A program made the position numbers and the translations under genes. From an uncultured Verrucomicrobiae bacterium (GTDB lineage Bacteria; Verrucomicrobiota; Verrucomicrobiia; Limisphaerales; JAFGQR01): a DNA stretch of 64,000 bases. The notes beneath the pieces are model-generated. The model made no database searches. It was not told where the DNA came from and worked only from the letters and a program-made list of their open reading frames with translations. The stretch is taken from the NCBI GenBank assembly GCA_963788655.1, contig CAWBHS010000080.1:18213-82212 (forward strand), given 5' to 3'. Positions within the stretch are counted from its first letter, which is position 1; every line of letters begins with the position of its first letter. Below, one piece after another: positions 23,612-33,353 of the stretch.

Positions 23612-24588
23612 CGGCGGCCTCTTCTTTGGTTGGCTTTGACGATCAGGAAGACGACGGCGATGATGCCAATGAACACGATGACGCCCACGACGAACAATCC
23701 CACCAGGATGGGCAACCACACAACTTTCGCCCGTGGCGAATGACTTTGCGATCCATGCGACTGCATGGGCGGGGCTACCCGATTTTGCGCGGGCACTGGA
23801 CGGGGAACCGCCGCGTTTCTGATCGGTGGGCTGGAGCCGATCGGCTCATTGCCGGAAGTCGAGAGCGATTGGATCATGGCGGAAGCCACTTCCGTCGGGA
23901 TCGGCGCGAGCAGATCGAATGCTTCGGCTTGCGCCACATCCGTAGCGGTACCGCCCACCTCGGCAAACACCTCTCGAATGGCGCGCTTCAAGGATTCTGG
24001 ATCATCCGCCCGCCGATAGGAATGCACGCGGGTCGCCAGCGTGTGCGCCTGGCTCATGGCCACGCCGATGACATCCATGGTGATGCCCCGCGCCATGACT
24101 TCGGGCGTGTAACGGTTCACCAGATTTTTGTCATTCGCTTCACCATCCGTGACAATCAGTAACCGGTAAGTGCCATAACCAAACTGGGCCTTCCGCTCGG
24201 CCAGCAACCGGTCGGCGCCTTGCTTGATATAGGCTCCCAGCGGGGTGCTGGAGCCGGGCTGGATGCGATCCAGCGCCTGCATCATCACCGCATCATTGCG
24301 CGGACCCAACGGATACACCCAATCGTTCTTCAAGTTGGACGCGCTGAATACCAGCAATCCCACGTGCGTGGACTCGGGAACCGTTTGCATCACCGCTTTG
24401 ATCGCGGACTTGGCGGCGTCCATCTTTTTAGTGCGCTTGTCTCGCATCATTTGTCCCATGGAACCGGAAGCATCCAGGACGATGACGACATTGTCGGCGA
24501 ATTGCTGGGCGGGTGCGGTAGTGGGGAACAGCATCAGTGCCAACGCTAAACCGCACAAACCGGCAACAAGGCGTTTTCGATTTCGCAT
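23608..24588 (-). CDS. Exported von Willebrand factor A domain protein with C-terminal TM anchor
   Basis: Signal peptide MRNRKRLVAGLCGLALALMLFPTTAPA; MIDAS DASGSM, STPL, VTDGE; Pro-rich linker; TM plus basic tail. Confidence 0.88.
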   Translation of the reverse strand: MRNRKRLVAGLCGLALALMLFPTTAPAQQFADNVVIVLDASGSMGQMMRDKRTKKMDAAKSAIKAVMQTVPESTHVGLLVFSASNLKNDWVYPLGPRNDAVMMQALDRIQPGSSTPLGAYIKQGADRLLAERKAQFGYGTYRLLIVTDGEANDKNLVNRYTPEVMARGITMDVIGVAMSQAHTLATRVHSYRRADDPESLKRAIREVFAEVGGTATDVAQAEAFDLLAPIPTEVASAMIQSLSTSGNEPIGSSPPIRNAAVPRPVPAQNRVAPPMQSHGSQSHSPRAKVVWLPILVGLFVVGVIVFIGIIAVVFLIVKANQRRGRR

Positions 24589-24617
24589 CAGCCAGAGATT
24601 CCCTGCTCCTTTGATTA

Positions 24618-24687
24618 GTAGCAGCCGACGTGAGTCGGCTCTGGCTTTCTTTCCCGAAAGAGTCAGCGGATTTACATCCGCTGCTGC
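24618..24687. repeat. Family D-like GTAG palindrome between the SBP-OmpA and vWA genes
   Basis: GTAGCAGCCGACGTGAGTCGGCTC...CAGCGGATTTACATCCGCTGCTGC. Confidence 0.65.
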
Positions 24688-24751
24688 GAAGTTTATGGGG
24701 AGGTGCGGCTCCACCAGTAAATGCTTTGTATGCGGCATAGCGCCCTCCGGG

Positions 24752-26594
24752 TTAGAAGTCGAAGTCGGCGGCTTTGGTGGCTTCGGCGGCCACCCGGACG
24801 ACGCGGAATTCCACGCGCATGTTTTGCTTGGCTTCGTCCATGTTGCGCGGCTTGGCGACGAACGGTTCACGAATGCCCACGCCCACCGGCTGGATCTGGC
24901 TTTTATCGAAATTGAGCCCTTTGGACTTCGCGTATTCCACGATGGAATCGCGCACCGCTTCGGCGCGCAATCGCGACAAATTCAGTGCCGCCTGCATGGT
25001 TTCGCGCGGGTTGATATCCGGCACCCCGTCGAAGGCGCCCGCATCGATGTACTGGGTGAGTTGGTCGAGGGCGCTCAGGTCGAGCGGCTTGCCGTTGAGC
25101 GAATAAGAGTAATTCCCGCTCGAACCCACCCGCTTGAGCACGCCTTTTTTCATACCGGCGCGAACCAAATCCAGCAGCGTTTTGGTGGGGTCGGCGTGCC
25201 CGCGAATGGCGATCGCGGCATTGCCAAACTTGTCGGCGGTTTCCACCACGCGCTGGAACTCGGCGCCGTATTGCACCGCACTGAACGTCTCCTGGTTGGG
25301 CTCAAAGTTGATGGTGAACGAAATGATCGTGCGCGAATCCAGCGCGCCGCCCGAACTCAGCGCCTCGATCTCACTCTGCACCGCCTCGGCGCGGAAGCGT
25401 TCTCCGCGCTCAAATTTGGTCTTGGTGAGGTAACTCAGGAACATTGGCGATTGATAATCCAGGCCCGACGGAAACAAGCCCATCCGTTCCTTCGCGTAGC
25501 CGCGGCTGGTGGCCAGGTCGAGCGCGGATTTTTGGAAGGCCTCGAATCCGTGCAAATTGCCGGTCTGCGTGAAGAACGTCACGTTGCCCGGGTAACCCAC
25601 AAACGTGCAGTCTGAGATCAACCCGTGCGCATCCTCCAACGTCGGGATGGTTTGCTTGCCATAGATCGTTTGGGTTAATTCCAGCATCGCCTTGTAGGGC
25701 GCCGAACCGGAAGCTTCGTATTGTTTCTTCAAGTCGATAATTTCTTCGCAGGCCTTCAAGTAGCCGGCCACGAATTTGGTAATCAGCGGCTTGTTGGCGT
25801 CGTAGAAATCCTTGCGGCAGACATACACGTCCGCGATGGAACGGCTCAGTTCGGCCGTCGAAACCAGCACCCGCGCGTCCTTGACCGTGCCCTCGGCGCC
25901 CGAACCCGTGTTGTGCAGGCCGCCGCACAAACTGATCATGTCCGGCGTGATGGCGAAGCAGGCGTCAATGTTCGTTTGTTTGCGGAACATTTCCGGCGCG
26001 GAATCGGGCGAGGCGGTCAGGTCCTTGGCCCAGACGACTTTGATGTCGTTCCAACTGAGCTTGGCGGTTTGCAGAATGTCATTCAGCATCCCGACATGCG
26101 GGCCGCCTTGCTGGAGGACCACGGTTTTGCCTTTCAGGTCGGCCATGGTTTTGATGTGCCCCCGCGCGACCATGTGATCGCCGGCCGACCAGGTCAGTTG
26201 CAGGATCACGACGCCTTTGGTCCGCGGGTCCGATCCAATCGCTTCGGAAGCCAGACCCATCATTCGGAACGTGCCGCGCAGGAACGGCGTTTTGCCCGCC
26301 CGGTAATCCCGCACTTGTTGGACGAAATCATCGCCGGCCGTCAGACGGAGGTTGAGTCCCTGTTTTTGGAAAATAGTATTGGGCTGGGTCGCGAGGCCGC
26401 CGTTCGCGTAGAACGTGGCCATGTCTCCCCCCCAGGTGATGTAGGGCACCTGCAAGGGCGCTGTTTGCGTGACCGGTCCCACCGGCGCGTTGCCCACGAG
26501 ATCAAGAAAGCGTTTTTCCTGCGCCCGGCTGGCTACGGCCACCGAGAGCAGTCCGAGCGTGACAATGAACAGAAGATGATTTCGTCGGTTTCAT
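24752..26594 (-). CDS. Exported PBP-II substrate-binding domain fused to an OmpA-like domain with a large insertion; one extra A just after the start codon
   Basis: Removing one A from ATGAAAC gives signal peptide MNRRNHLLFIVTLGLLSVAVASRA; YITWGGD, TWSAGDHMV, IADVYVCRKDF; INFEPNQ, RGHAD, LSRLRAEAV, NMRVEF. Confidence 0.83.
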
Positions 26595-27089
26595 GGCAGT
26601 GTCTTTCGTTGGCAAACAATTCATGTTATTCAGTCGAGCTATCTCGCGTCCATTAACAACGAGTCCTTATGGGCGCCAGCCGGATCCCGCAGGATTTCCC
26701 GGCCGTGCCAGCATCGTTGCAATGAGTCCGGTCCACAGGCACTTGTAGTAATGCAACCCGCCGTGCCGGGCAAGTACACATTCCCCGGCACTTTGTAATA
26801 TTTTGACAACGTGATGAAGCATTCGTCGAGCTTTGCCATAGAATTGCACGGCGCGGTGGTTTATACCTTCGCTCCATGATCGCTTGTTTGAAACGGCTCA
26901 GGCTGCCGCTCTGCTTGGTGAAAAGACTGCGCTTTGCCGTAGCGCAGATTTGCAATCTGCTGCCGCTGCCGCGCTGGTGCGCTTTAGCGCGCCACGGGTA
27001 TTGCCGAGTTGGATTCGGCACTGGAGCTTGGGCTATTGTCAGTCGGCTCGTTCAATTGGACTTCTTAATTGGTGCGGGGCTCGCGCTAA

Positions 27090-27186
27090 CGCGGCAGCGT
27101 CGTGGAGTGCGGCAGTCCTCTGCCGCTTTCGAACGCCGCGCCCCGTCGAAAGCGGCAGAGGACTGCCGCACTCCAAAACCTGGCGG
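27090..27186. repeat. Family B-prime palindrome (GGAGTGCGGCAGTCCTCTGCCGCTTT / AAAGCGGCAGAGGACTGCCGCACTCC); second copy at 34909-35007
   Basis: Near-perfect inverted arms at both loci. Confidence 0.85.
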
Positions 27187-27202
27187 CTACTCGCATGGCT
27201 CA

Positions 27203-29998
27203 ATGGACAGGCTTGCGCATTCCTTGGCTGTTGCCTGGCTGATGATTCTCGCAACTGGCGGCGTTTCGGCCACCGGCCAAGCAGCGGCGCCAATTGGCAA
27301 CCGCGTTCTCGCGGCCTGGGAATTCAATCAGGCGGGCAACCTGCAAGGTTGGCAGCCCAACGGGCACTTGACCGAGGTGAAGGTGGCCGATGGCGCGCTC
27401 TCCTGCCGGGCGGTGGGCTCCGATCCGATTCTGGAATTGCGTCCGCTGATCGATCTGACGGCGTCGCCCTGGCAGTTCCTCGAAGTCCGCTTGAAAGCCA
27501 GTCGCGACGGCACCGCGGAATTCTTCTGGAGCAACACGTCCACCGGCCGCTATGGCGGATTCAGCCAGGAGAAAACCACGCGTTTCAACGTGACCGGCGA
27601 CGGCCAGTGGCACACGTATCGATTGATGCCCTTCTGGCAGGCGGAAAAGAAAATCGTTCGGCTGCGGTTCGATGTGTTCGACGGCGCCAGGTTTGACGTA
27701 GATTATTTTCGCATCCTCCAGCAAGACATGCCGCGGGTAGTGGATCGAGCGGATTTTGATTTTGCCGACTCCGCTCAGAATTGGCAGGCGCTTGAAGGCG
27801 CTTCATTGGATGCCGGTTCGCAGGGGGTGTCCATTTCGACAAGCACCGCGGAAGGATTTGTTTTCGCACCGCCCGTGCGACTGTGGGCGGACGAGGAGAA
27901 TTTTGTTTCGTTGCGCCTGGCGGTTGACCGCGGAAGCCGGGCCACGTTGTTTTTCGCTACTGCCGAGCAGTCCAGTCTGAAGAGCCTGACGTTCCCCATC
28001 AAGGCCGGCGCCGGGGAGCGCACCTACAATCTCGATATGCTGGCGGCACCGGGATGGAAAGGTCACGTCATTGCCTTGGGACTGCGTCCGAGCGATGCCG
28101 ACGGGGCAACTGGCCGATTGCGCTGGTTGAAGGTCAGCGATGCACCGCAGGGGGCACCGCAATTGCAGGTCAAATCCTTTGTGCTGGCGGATGCTCTGCC
28201 GCGCGCCGGACGGTCTGCGACATTGGCAGCGATTGTTTCCAACACCGGCGGCATCATGGCCACGAACATCCAGGCCCGACTGGAACTGCCGTCTGGCCTC
28301 AAGCTGTCGGATAACGATGCGGATGCGAAGTCCATTGCGGCGTTGGGCTTTGGCGACGAGGTTCCGTTGAATTGGCGCGTGATGGCGGCGGCTCCGTTAA
28401 CCAACACTGTCCGACTGTCGCTTTCATCGCCCAATGCCGAAGCTGTCGAGACCACTGCGTCGGTGGATTTCCTGCCCGCGCTCAAAATTGAGCCGGCCGA
28501 ATACGTGCCCGAGTGCAAACCGGTGCGCGGTCCGTATGAGGTGGGAGTTTATTACTTTCCCGGTTGGAAGACCGCCAGCCAATGGCGCCCATCCGGCGGT
28601 TCCCGGAACGCAAACCGGTGTTGGGCTGGTATCGCGAAGGGGATCCGGAAGTGGCCGATTGGCACATCAAATGGGCGGTCGAGCACGGCATCACGTTCTT
28701 TGCCTACGACTGGTACTGGAACCAGGGCGCGCGACAGCTTGAGCACGCGCTGCACGACGGTTACTTCCACGCGCGCTACCGGCACTTGCTCAAGTTTTGC
28801 CTGCTCTGGGCCAATCACAATCCGCCCGGCTCTTCGTCGCGAGAGGATTGTCTGGCGGTGACGCGATATTGGATCGAGAACTATTTTCGCCGCCCCGAGC
28901 ATTTGACCATCGACGGCAAACCGGTGGTCATCATTTTCAGTCCCTACCGGCTGACCTCGGACCTGGTAAGCGCCAACGTAAAGGCGGCATTTGAAGCGAT
29001 GCGGGCGGAATGTCGGCAAGCAGGTTTGAAAGGGCTTTACCTGATCGCCTGTGTCGGCGATGCGGGCGGGGCTCGTCAGGCGGCGGCTGAAGGTTATGAT
29101 TCGGTGACGGCCTACAATTGGCCCGGCCTGGGAAAAACGGGCGAGGGCATGTATGCGCCGTATTCGACGTTGATCGAGGGCTATCGTCGGAACTGGGAAC
29201 ACATCCTGGAACAGAGTCCCATTCCGCTGGTGCCGCTGCCCGTGAGCGGTGGTTGGGACAGCCGGCCCTGGCATGGTGAGAACAACCTGGTCCGCTTCGG
29301 TCGGACACCGGAATTGTTCAAACAGCATTTGTCGGATGCCCGCCAGTTTCTGGAGACGTTCCAAGCCTCTAGCGTCAGCGCCGAAAATGGTATTGGTCGA
29401 AGCCTGGAACGAATGGGGGAAGGTTCGTATATCGAGCCGCACAAGGAATATGGATTCGGCTATCTTGACGCCATTCGCAATGTGTTCAGCTCGGCCCCGC
29501 AAGCGCACACCGATCTTGCGCCTGCGGACGTGGGACTGGGTCCTGTACGATTTGCCGCCCGTAGTGTATCAGACCGCGTGGGATTTCGCGTCGAATGACG
29601 AAGGTTGGAGCAACACGATGGGCCTGGCGGACGTTCAGTCGAAGGCGGGCGTGCTGGCCGGACGCGCGGTTTCAAATGATCCGGCGTTTTTCGGACCGCC
29701 GATGCAGGCCCGGGCGAGCGAGTTCAACGCCGTCAGGATTCGCCTGCGATTGGAGAAAACCAGCGGCTCGGCATTCACTGACTCCGCCCAGTTGTTCTGG
29801 CGCACGAGCCGTCTGGCGGAAAGCGAAGCCACCAGCGAGCACTTCGCCGTCACTGGCGATGGTCAATGGCACGACTACACCGTGGTGGTGGCGAAGAACC
29901 GCCGTTGGCGGGGTGTCATCACCCGTTTGCGGATCGATCCGTGTAACCGACCGGGGGTGAGGGTGGAGATTGGTTCCGTCAAACTGGTGAGACAGTAA
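27203..29998 (+). CDS. Secreted multi-domain glycoside hydrolase, GH99-like/WbsX catalytic domain with repeated beta-sandwich modules (about three frameshifts)
   Basis: VGVYYFPGW, RKPVLGWY, ADWHIKWAVEHGITFFAYDWYW, FCLLWANHN, EAWNEW + GEGSYIEP; repeated DGQWHTY/DGQWHDY...RLRFD/RLRIDP modules; start position uncertain. Confidence 0.75.
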
Positions 29999-30351
29999 AC
30001 AAGCGTCGCTTGATCATTGCCACCAATCCGCAAGCAGAAAGAACCAAGAATGAATCCAGTGCCGCTGAATGGCAATCCATCCCCAGGTAGGGCTCCCAAC
30101 GAAAGCGGGAGCAAGCTCCCCGCACTCCATACGCTGCGCGAGGTTTGGCCGGGCCAGCCGCAACGTCGCGCCAGCGTTTGGAGTGCGTCCGGCTTGCCGG
30201 CGCTTTCGCGCGCCAGGTGCATTCAATTCTGCGCTACGATTGGCGGCAACTCCATCGGTTCTTTTGAACAAGCAAGTGCGTGCATTAGCAGGTCAAAGCT
30301 CCAATCTTCATTCGTGTCGATTTGTGTTCATTCGCGGCTGATCTAACATTT

Positions 30352-31488
30352 ATGAGTGACAAACTGGAAATCCTGCCGCTGTCCTGCAACTCGCGGGACG
30401 TGCTCCGTTTCTTGAAGGTCAGTTACGGCATCTACCGCGACGACCCGCTTTGGGTGGCGCCGTTGTTGATGGACCTGAAGAAAGTATTCACGCACGCCAA
30501 TCCGTTGTTTACCCACGCTGAGATGCAATTATGGGTAGCGGTCAAAAGTGGCCGCGATGTCGGGCGGATTGCCGGGATTGTCGATGAAAGCCACAACCGG
30601 ACTCAGAAGGATCAAGCAGCCTTTTTCGGCTTTTACGAGTGCGTAAATGATGCAGCAGTCAGCCAGCAGTTGTTTGACGCCGTACAGGATTGGGCCCGGC
30701 AAAAAGGACTGCGCCGGTTACTCGGTCCGATGAACCCCACCTCGAACGACGAGTGCGGCCTGTTGGTGGACGGTTTCGATTCCTCGCCGGTGATCATGAT
30801 GACCTACAACCCGCGCTATTACCTGGACCTGATGGACACAGCGGGATTTCGCAAGGCCAAGGATTTGATCGCGTATCACATTGACCTGGCCAAAACGCCG
30901 ATGGAACGATTCGAGCGGATTGCCGGGAAAACCAAAAAGCGATGGCCGGACTTGAAGTTTCGTCCGATCCGGCGCAAGACGCTGATCCAGGATTTGGGCA
31001 AGATCAAGGAAGTGTACAACGAGGCCTGGGAGGAGAACTGGGGCTTCGTGCCGATGACGGATGCCGAGGTGGATTTCATGGCCGAACGGCTGAAGCCCTT
31101 GTTGATGGAAGGCATCGTTTGGCTCACCGAGTTCGGCGATGAACCCGTGGGGTTCCTGCTGGCCTTGCCGGACTACAACGTGCCGATGAAACCGCTGCGC
31201 GGCCACGTGCTGACGCCCAAAGTGCTTGGCTTCCTACCCTATTTGCTGGGGTGGAAATACCCGCCGCGTTCGCGCGTGCTCGCGCTGGGCGTCAAGAAGG
31301 CCTATCGTGGCAAAGGCCTGGAGGCGGTGATGTTGTTCGAAGGCTTGAAAGCGGGATTTGCGGTTGGCTTTGTGGAAGCTGAAGCCTCGTGGATTCTCGA
31401 AGACAACACCATGATGCGCCGCGTGCTGGAGGTCTTCGGTGCAACGTCTTACAAAACCTACCGGCTCTACGAGCGGGAAATCTTGTAA
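30352..31488 (+). CDS. GNAT-fold N-acyltransferase of the YghO / bacterial ceramide synthase (bCerS)-like family
   Basis: IYRDDPLWVAPL, GRIA, FGFYEC, GPMNPTSNDECGLLVDGF, MMTYNPRYY, AWEENWGFVP, SWILEDN. Confidence 0.7.
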   Translation: MSDKLEILPLSCNSRDVLRFLKVSYGIYRDDPLWVAPLLMDLKKVFTHANPLFTHAEMQLWVAVKSGRDVGRIAGIVDESHNRTQKDQAAFFGFYECVNDAAVSQQLFDAVQDWARQKGLRRLLGPMNPTSNDECGLLVDGFDSSPVIMMTYNPRYYLDLMDTAGFRKAKDLIAYHIDLAKTPMERFERIAGKTKKRWPDLKFRPIRRKTLIQDLGKIKEVYNEAWEENWGFVPMTDAEVDFMAERLKPLLMEGIVWLTEFGDEPVGFLLALPDYNVPMKPLRGHVLTPKVLGFLPYLLGWKYPPRSRVLALGVKKAYRGKGLEAVMLFEGLKAGFAVGFVEAEASWILEDNTMMRRVLEVFGATSYKTYRLYEREIL

Positions 31489-31638
31489 GGGCTGGCGCGT
31501 CCGACTGTTCCCTGGGCTCTAATCCGGGCAGGTCACACCCTCATCGTAGCCGCCAACTGGAAACAAGAGGGTAGCTGGAAACATTCAGGTATGATTCCCT
31601 GAATGTGTAGCGGCTTCTCGCTGGCGCCAACTTGGGAC

Positions 31639-31671
31639 AAAAAAATGTGCGGCGCTTTACCGAAGCGCCGC
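31639..31671 (-). terminator. Probable terminator of the LysR gene
   Basis: GCGGCGCTT-loop-AAGCGCCGC with an A7 run on the left (T-tract on minus strand). Confidence 0.55.
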
Positions 31672-31730
31672 TGCTCGAGATTCAGAGTGAAGGGATAAGG
31701 TTGGCAAGCGCCATTCGGGACTTCGCTTCG

Positions 31731-32612
31731 CTACGGTGTGCCCTTGAGGGTCGTGATGAATTGCGTCATCGCGGGCGACAGCGTTTTGCTTCGCTTGTAG
31801 ATTACGGCCCAGGGTCGCCCCAGGTTCACGCCGTCGATCGGCACTGCTTTCAAGGTCTTTTTCGCCACTTCCTGCACCACCGTGCTCTGGGGTACAATGG
31901 CAACGCCGGCGCCAATCTCCACCGCCCGTTTGACAGTTTCCACGTTATCGAACTCCATGGCATGCGCCACACTCAGGCCATGTTCGCGGAACACCTTGTC
32001 GAGGGCCTTGCGCGTGGGCATGTCCGGGGCAAAACTGACGAATTTCTGCCGGGCCAGATCTTTGAGTTTGACGCTTCTCCGGCCGGCCAAGGGATGGTCC
32101 GGTGGGCAGATGAGCACCATCGTGTATTTGTGCAGGGGAACGATCTCGAGGTTCTTGGTTTTCTGGGGAAAGGCGACGAGGCCCAGGTCCACCAAGTTGC
32201 CCAGCACGTCTTCATACACCCGATTGGCCCGGCGGTATTCAATATGGACGTTGACGGTGGGATAGGCCTTGAGGAACTTCTTCACATACGGAGGCAGATC
32301 GTGGAGCCCAATGCTATAGACGGTGGCCACGCGGATATTGCCGGAGATGATGTCCTCGATTTCCTTCAACTTCTTGAGCAGCGAATCGTGGGTCTGGAGG
32401 ATCTTCCGGCTGTAGTCGTAAACCACCTGGCCTTCCCGGGTCAGGTTGAATTGCTTCTTGCTCCGCTCGACCAATCGGCTGTCGAAGATCCGTTCCATTG
32501 ACGAAATCTGCTGGCTGACGGCCGACTGGGTGACTTCGTTGATTTTGGCGGCTTTGGTGAAACTTTCAGTGTCCACCAGGTCACAAAACATTTTCAGGCT
32601 TTCAAGTTGCAT
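31731..32612 (-). CDS. LysR family transcriptional regulator
   Basis: SFTKAAKINEVTQSAVSQQI HTH; substrate-binding domain ending DNVETVKRAVEIGAGVAIVP. Confidence 0.95.
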   Translation of the reverse strand: MQLESLKMFCDLVDTESFTKAAKINEVTQSAVSQQISSMERIFDSRLVERSKKQFNLTREGQVVYDYSRKILQTHDSLLKKLKEIEDIISGNIRVATVYSIGLHDLPPYVKKFLKAYPTVNVHIEYRRANRVYEDVLGNLVDLGLVAFPQKTKNLEIVPLHKYTMVLICPPDHPLAGRRSVKLKDLARQKFVSFAPDMPTRKALDKVFREHGLSVAHAMEFDNVETVKRAVEIGAGVAIVPQSTVVQEVAKKTLKAVPIDGVNLGRPWAVIYKRSKTLSPAMTQFITTLKGTP

Positions 32613-32654
32613 AATCGTGGGTGGGTAAGTTGTTTGGTTGCGTGGGTGGACGAC

Positions 32655-33152
32655 CTAGGCGCGGCGACGAGACACTTTCTTGTGGGCCTTCTTGCCGGTG
32701 GAAGGCACCGAGGACTTTCCGGTTGCGGTGGCGGCCAGCGACGGCGCCAGTTTGGCCAGCAAAGCTTTGGGGGGACTAAATTTGCCATCTTGGCGCGGAA
32801 ACTTTTGGCCATACAAGATCACTTGGATGGAGTTGGCCGGGTCTTTGCCGCCAAAGCGATAGCCCAGTTTCTTCACCGCCTCAAGGATCTCCGGTTTGGT
32901 TAAGGGCTTGACGGCAGTCACCCTGACGATGGCCTCGCGCAGGGGCATGGGGTTGTCGATTCGTCGTTTGCCCTTGCGTCGGACTGCCGGCCGCGCAGCC
33001 GCAGCCGCCCGGGGTGCCGGGGCCGCGGCTGGAGCTGGGGATTGGCCCGTCAGCGCGGCGGTAACTTCCTTGAGTCGCGACGTGACGCGAGCTTTTTCGT
33101 CGATTAGTTTCTGCCGTGCTTCCACGTAGGACTTCAAAATGTCATTTGCCAT
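32655..33152 (-). CDS. Small basic protein: coiled coil, Ala/Pro linker, putative winged helix, Lys/Arg tail
   Basis: Composition and segment pattern of the translation; co-oriented just upstream of LysR. Confidence 0.6.
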   Translation of the reverse strand: MANDILKSYVEARQKLIDEKARVTSRLKEVTAALTGQSPAPAAAPAPRAAAAARPAVRRKGKRRIDNPMPLREAIVRVTAVKPLTKPEILEAVKKLGYRFGGKDPANSIQVILYGQKFPRQDGKFSPPKALLAKLAPSLAATATGKSSVPSTGKKAHKKVSRRRA

Positions 33153-33353
33153 GCGCAGGATATACATCCTGAGTATTGCTTATGACAAGCAATCACTTTG
33201 TAACGAGGGGAGAAACTTTTCCCCGGCGCCTTAAAGTCTTAGCCGTTGCATCTCGAAATATGGGCTTCGCCGGGCGCACTAGGAATGTTTTCCCTTGAAT
33301 ATGCACCCAATTGTAGTTCTAATCCGCACACGTCATATAGATCGATTGAAGCC

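Noticed and set aside
26876..27202. N-terminal extension of the GH99-like ORF (likewise 4302-4649, 24589-24870, 44263-44397)
   Set aside because: The extensions run through palindromic repeats; better starts lie downstream.
31489..31638. Possible small RNA between the GNAT and LysR genes (hairpin ACATTCAGG...CCTGAATGT, CTGGAAACA twice)
   Set aside because: No recognisable RNA family features; a covariance-model search would be needed.
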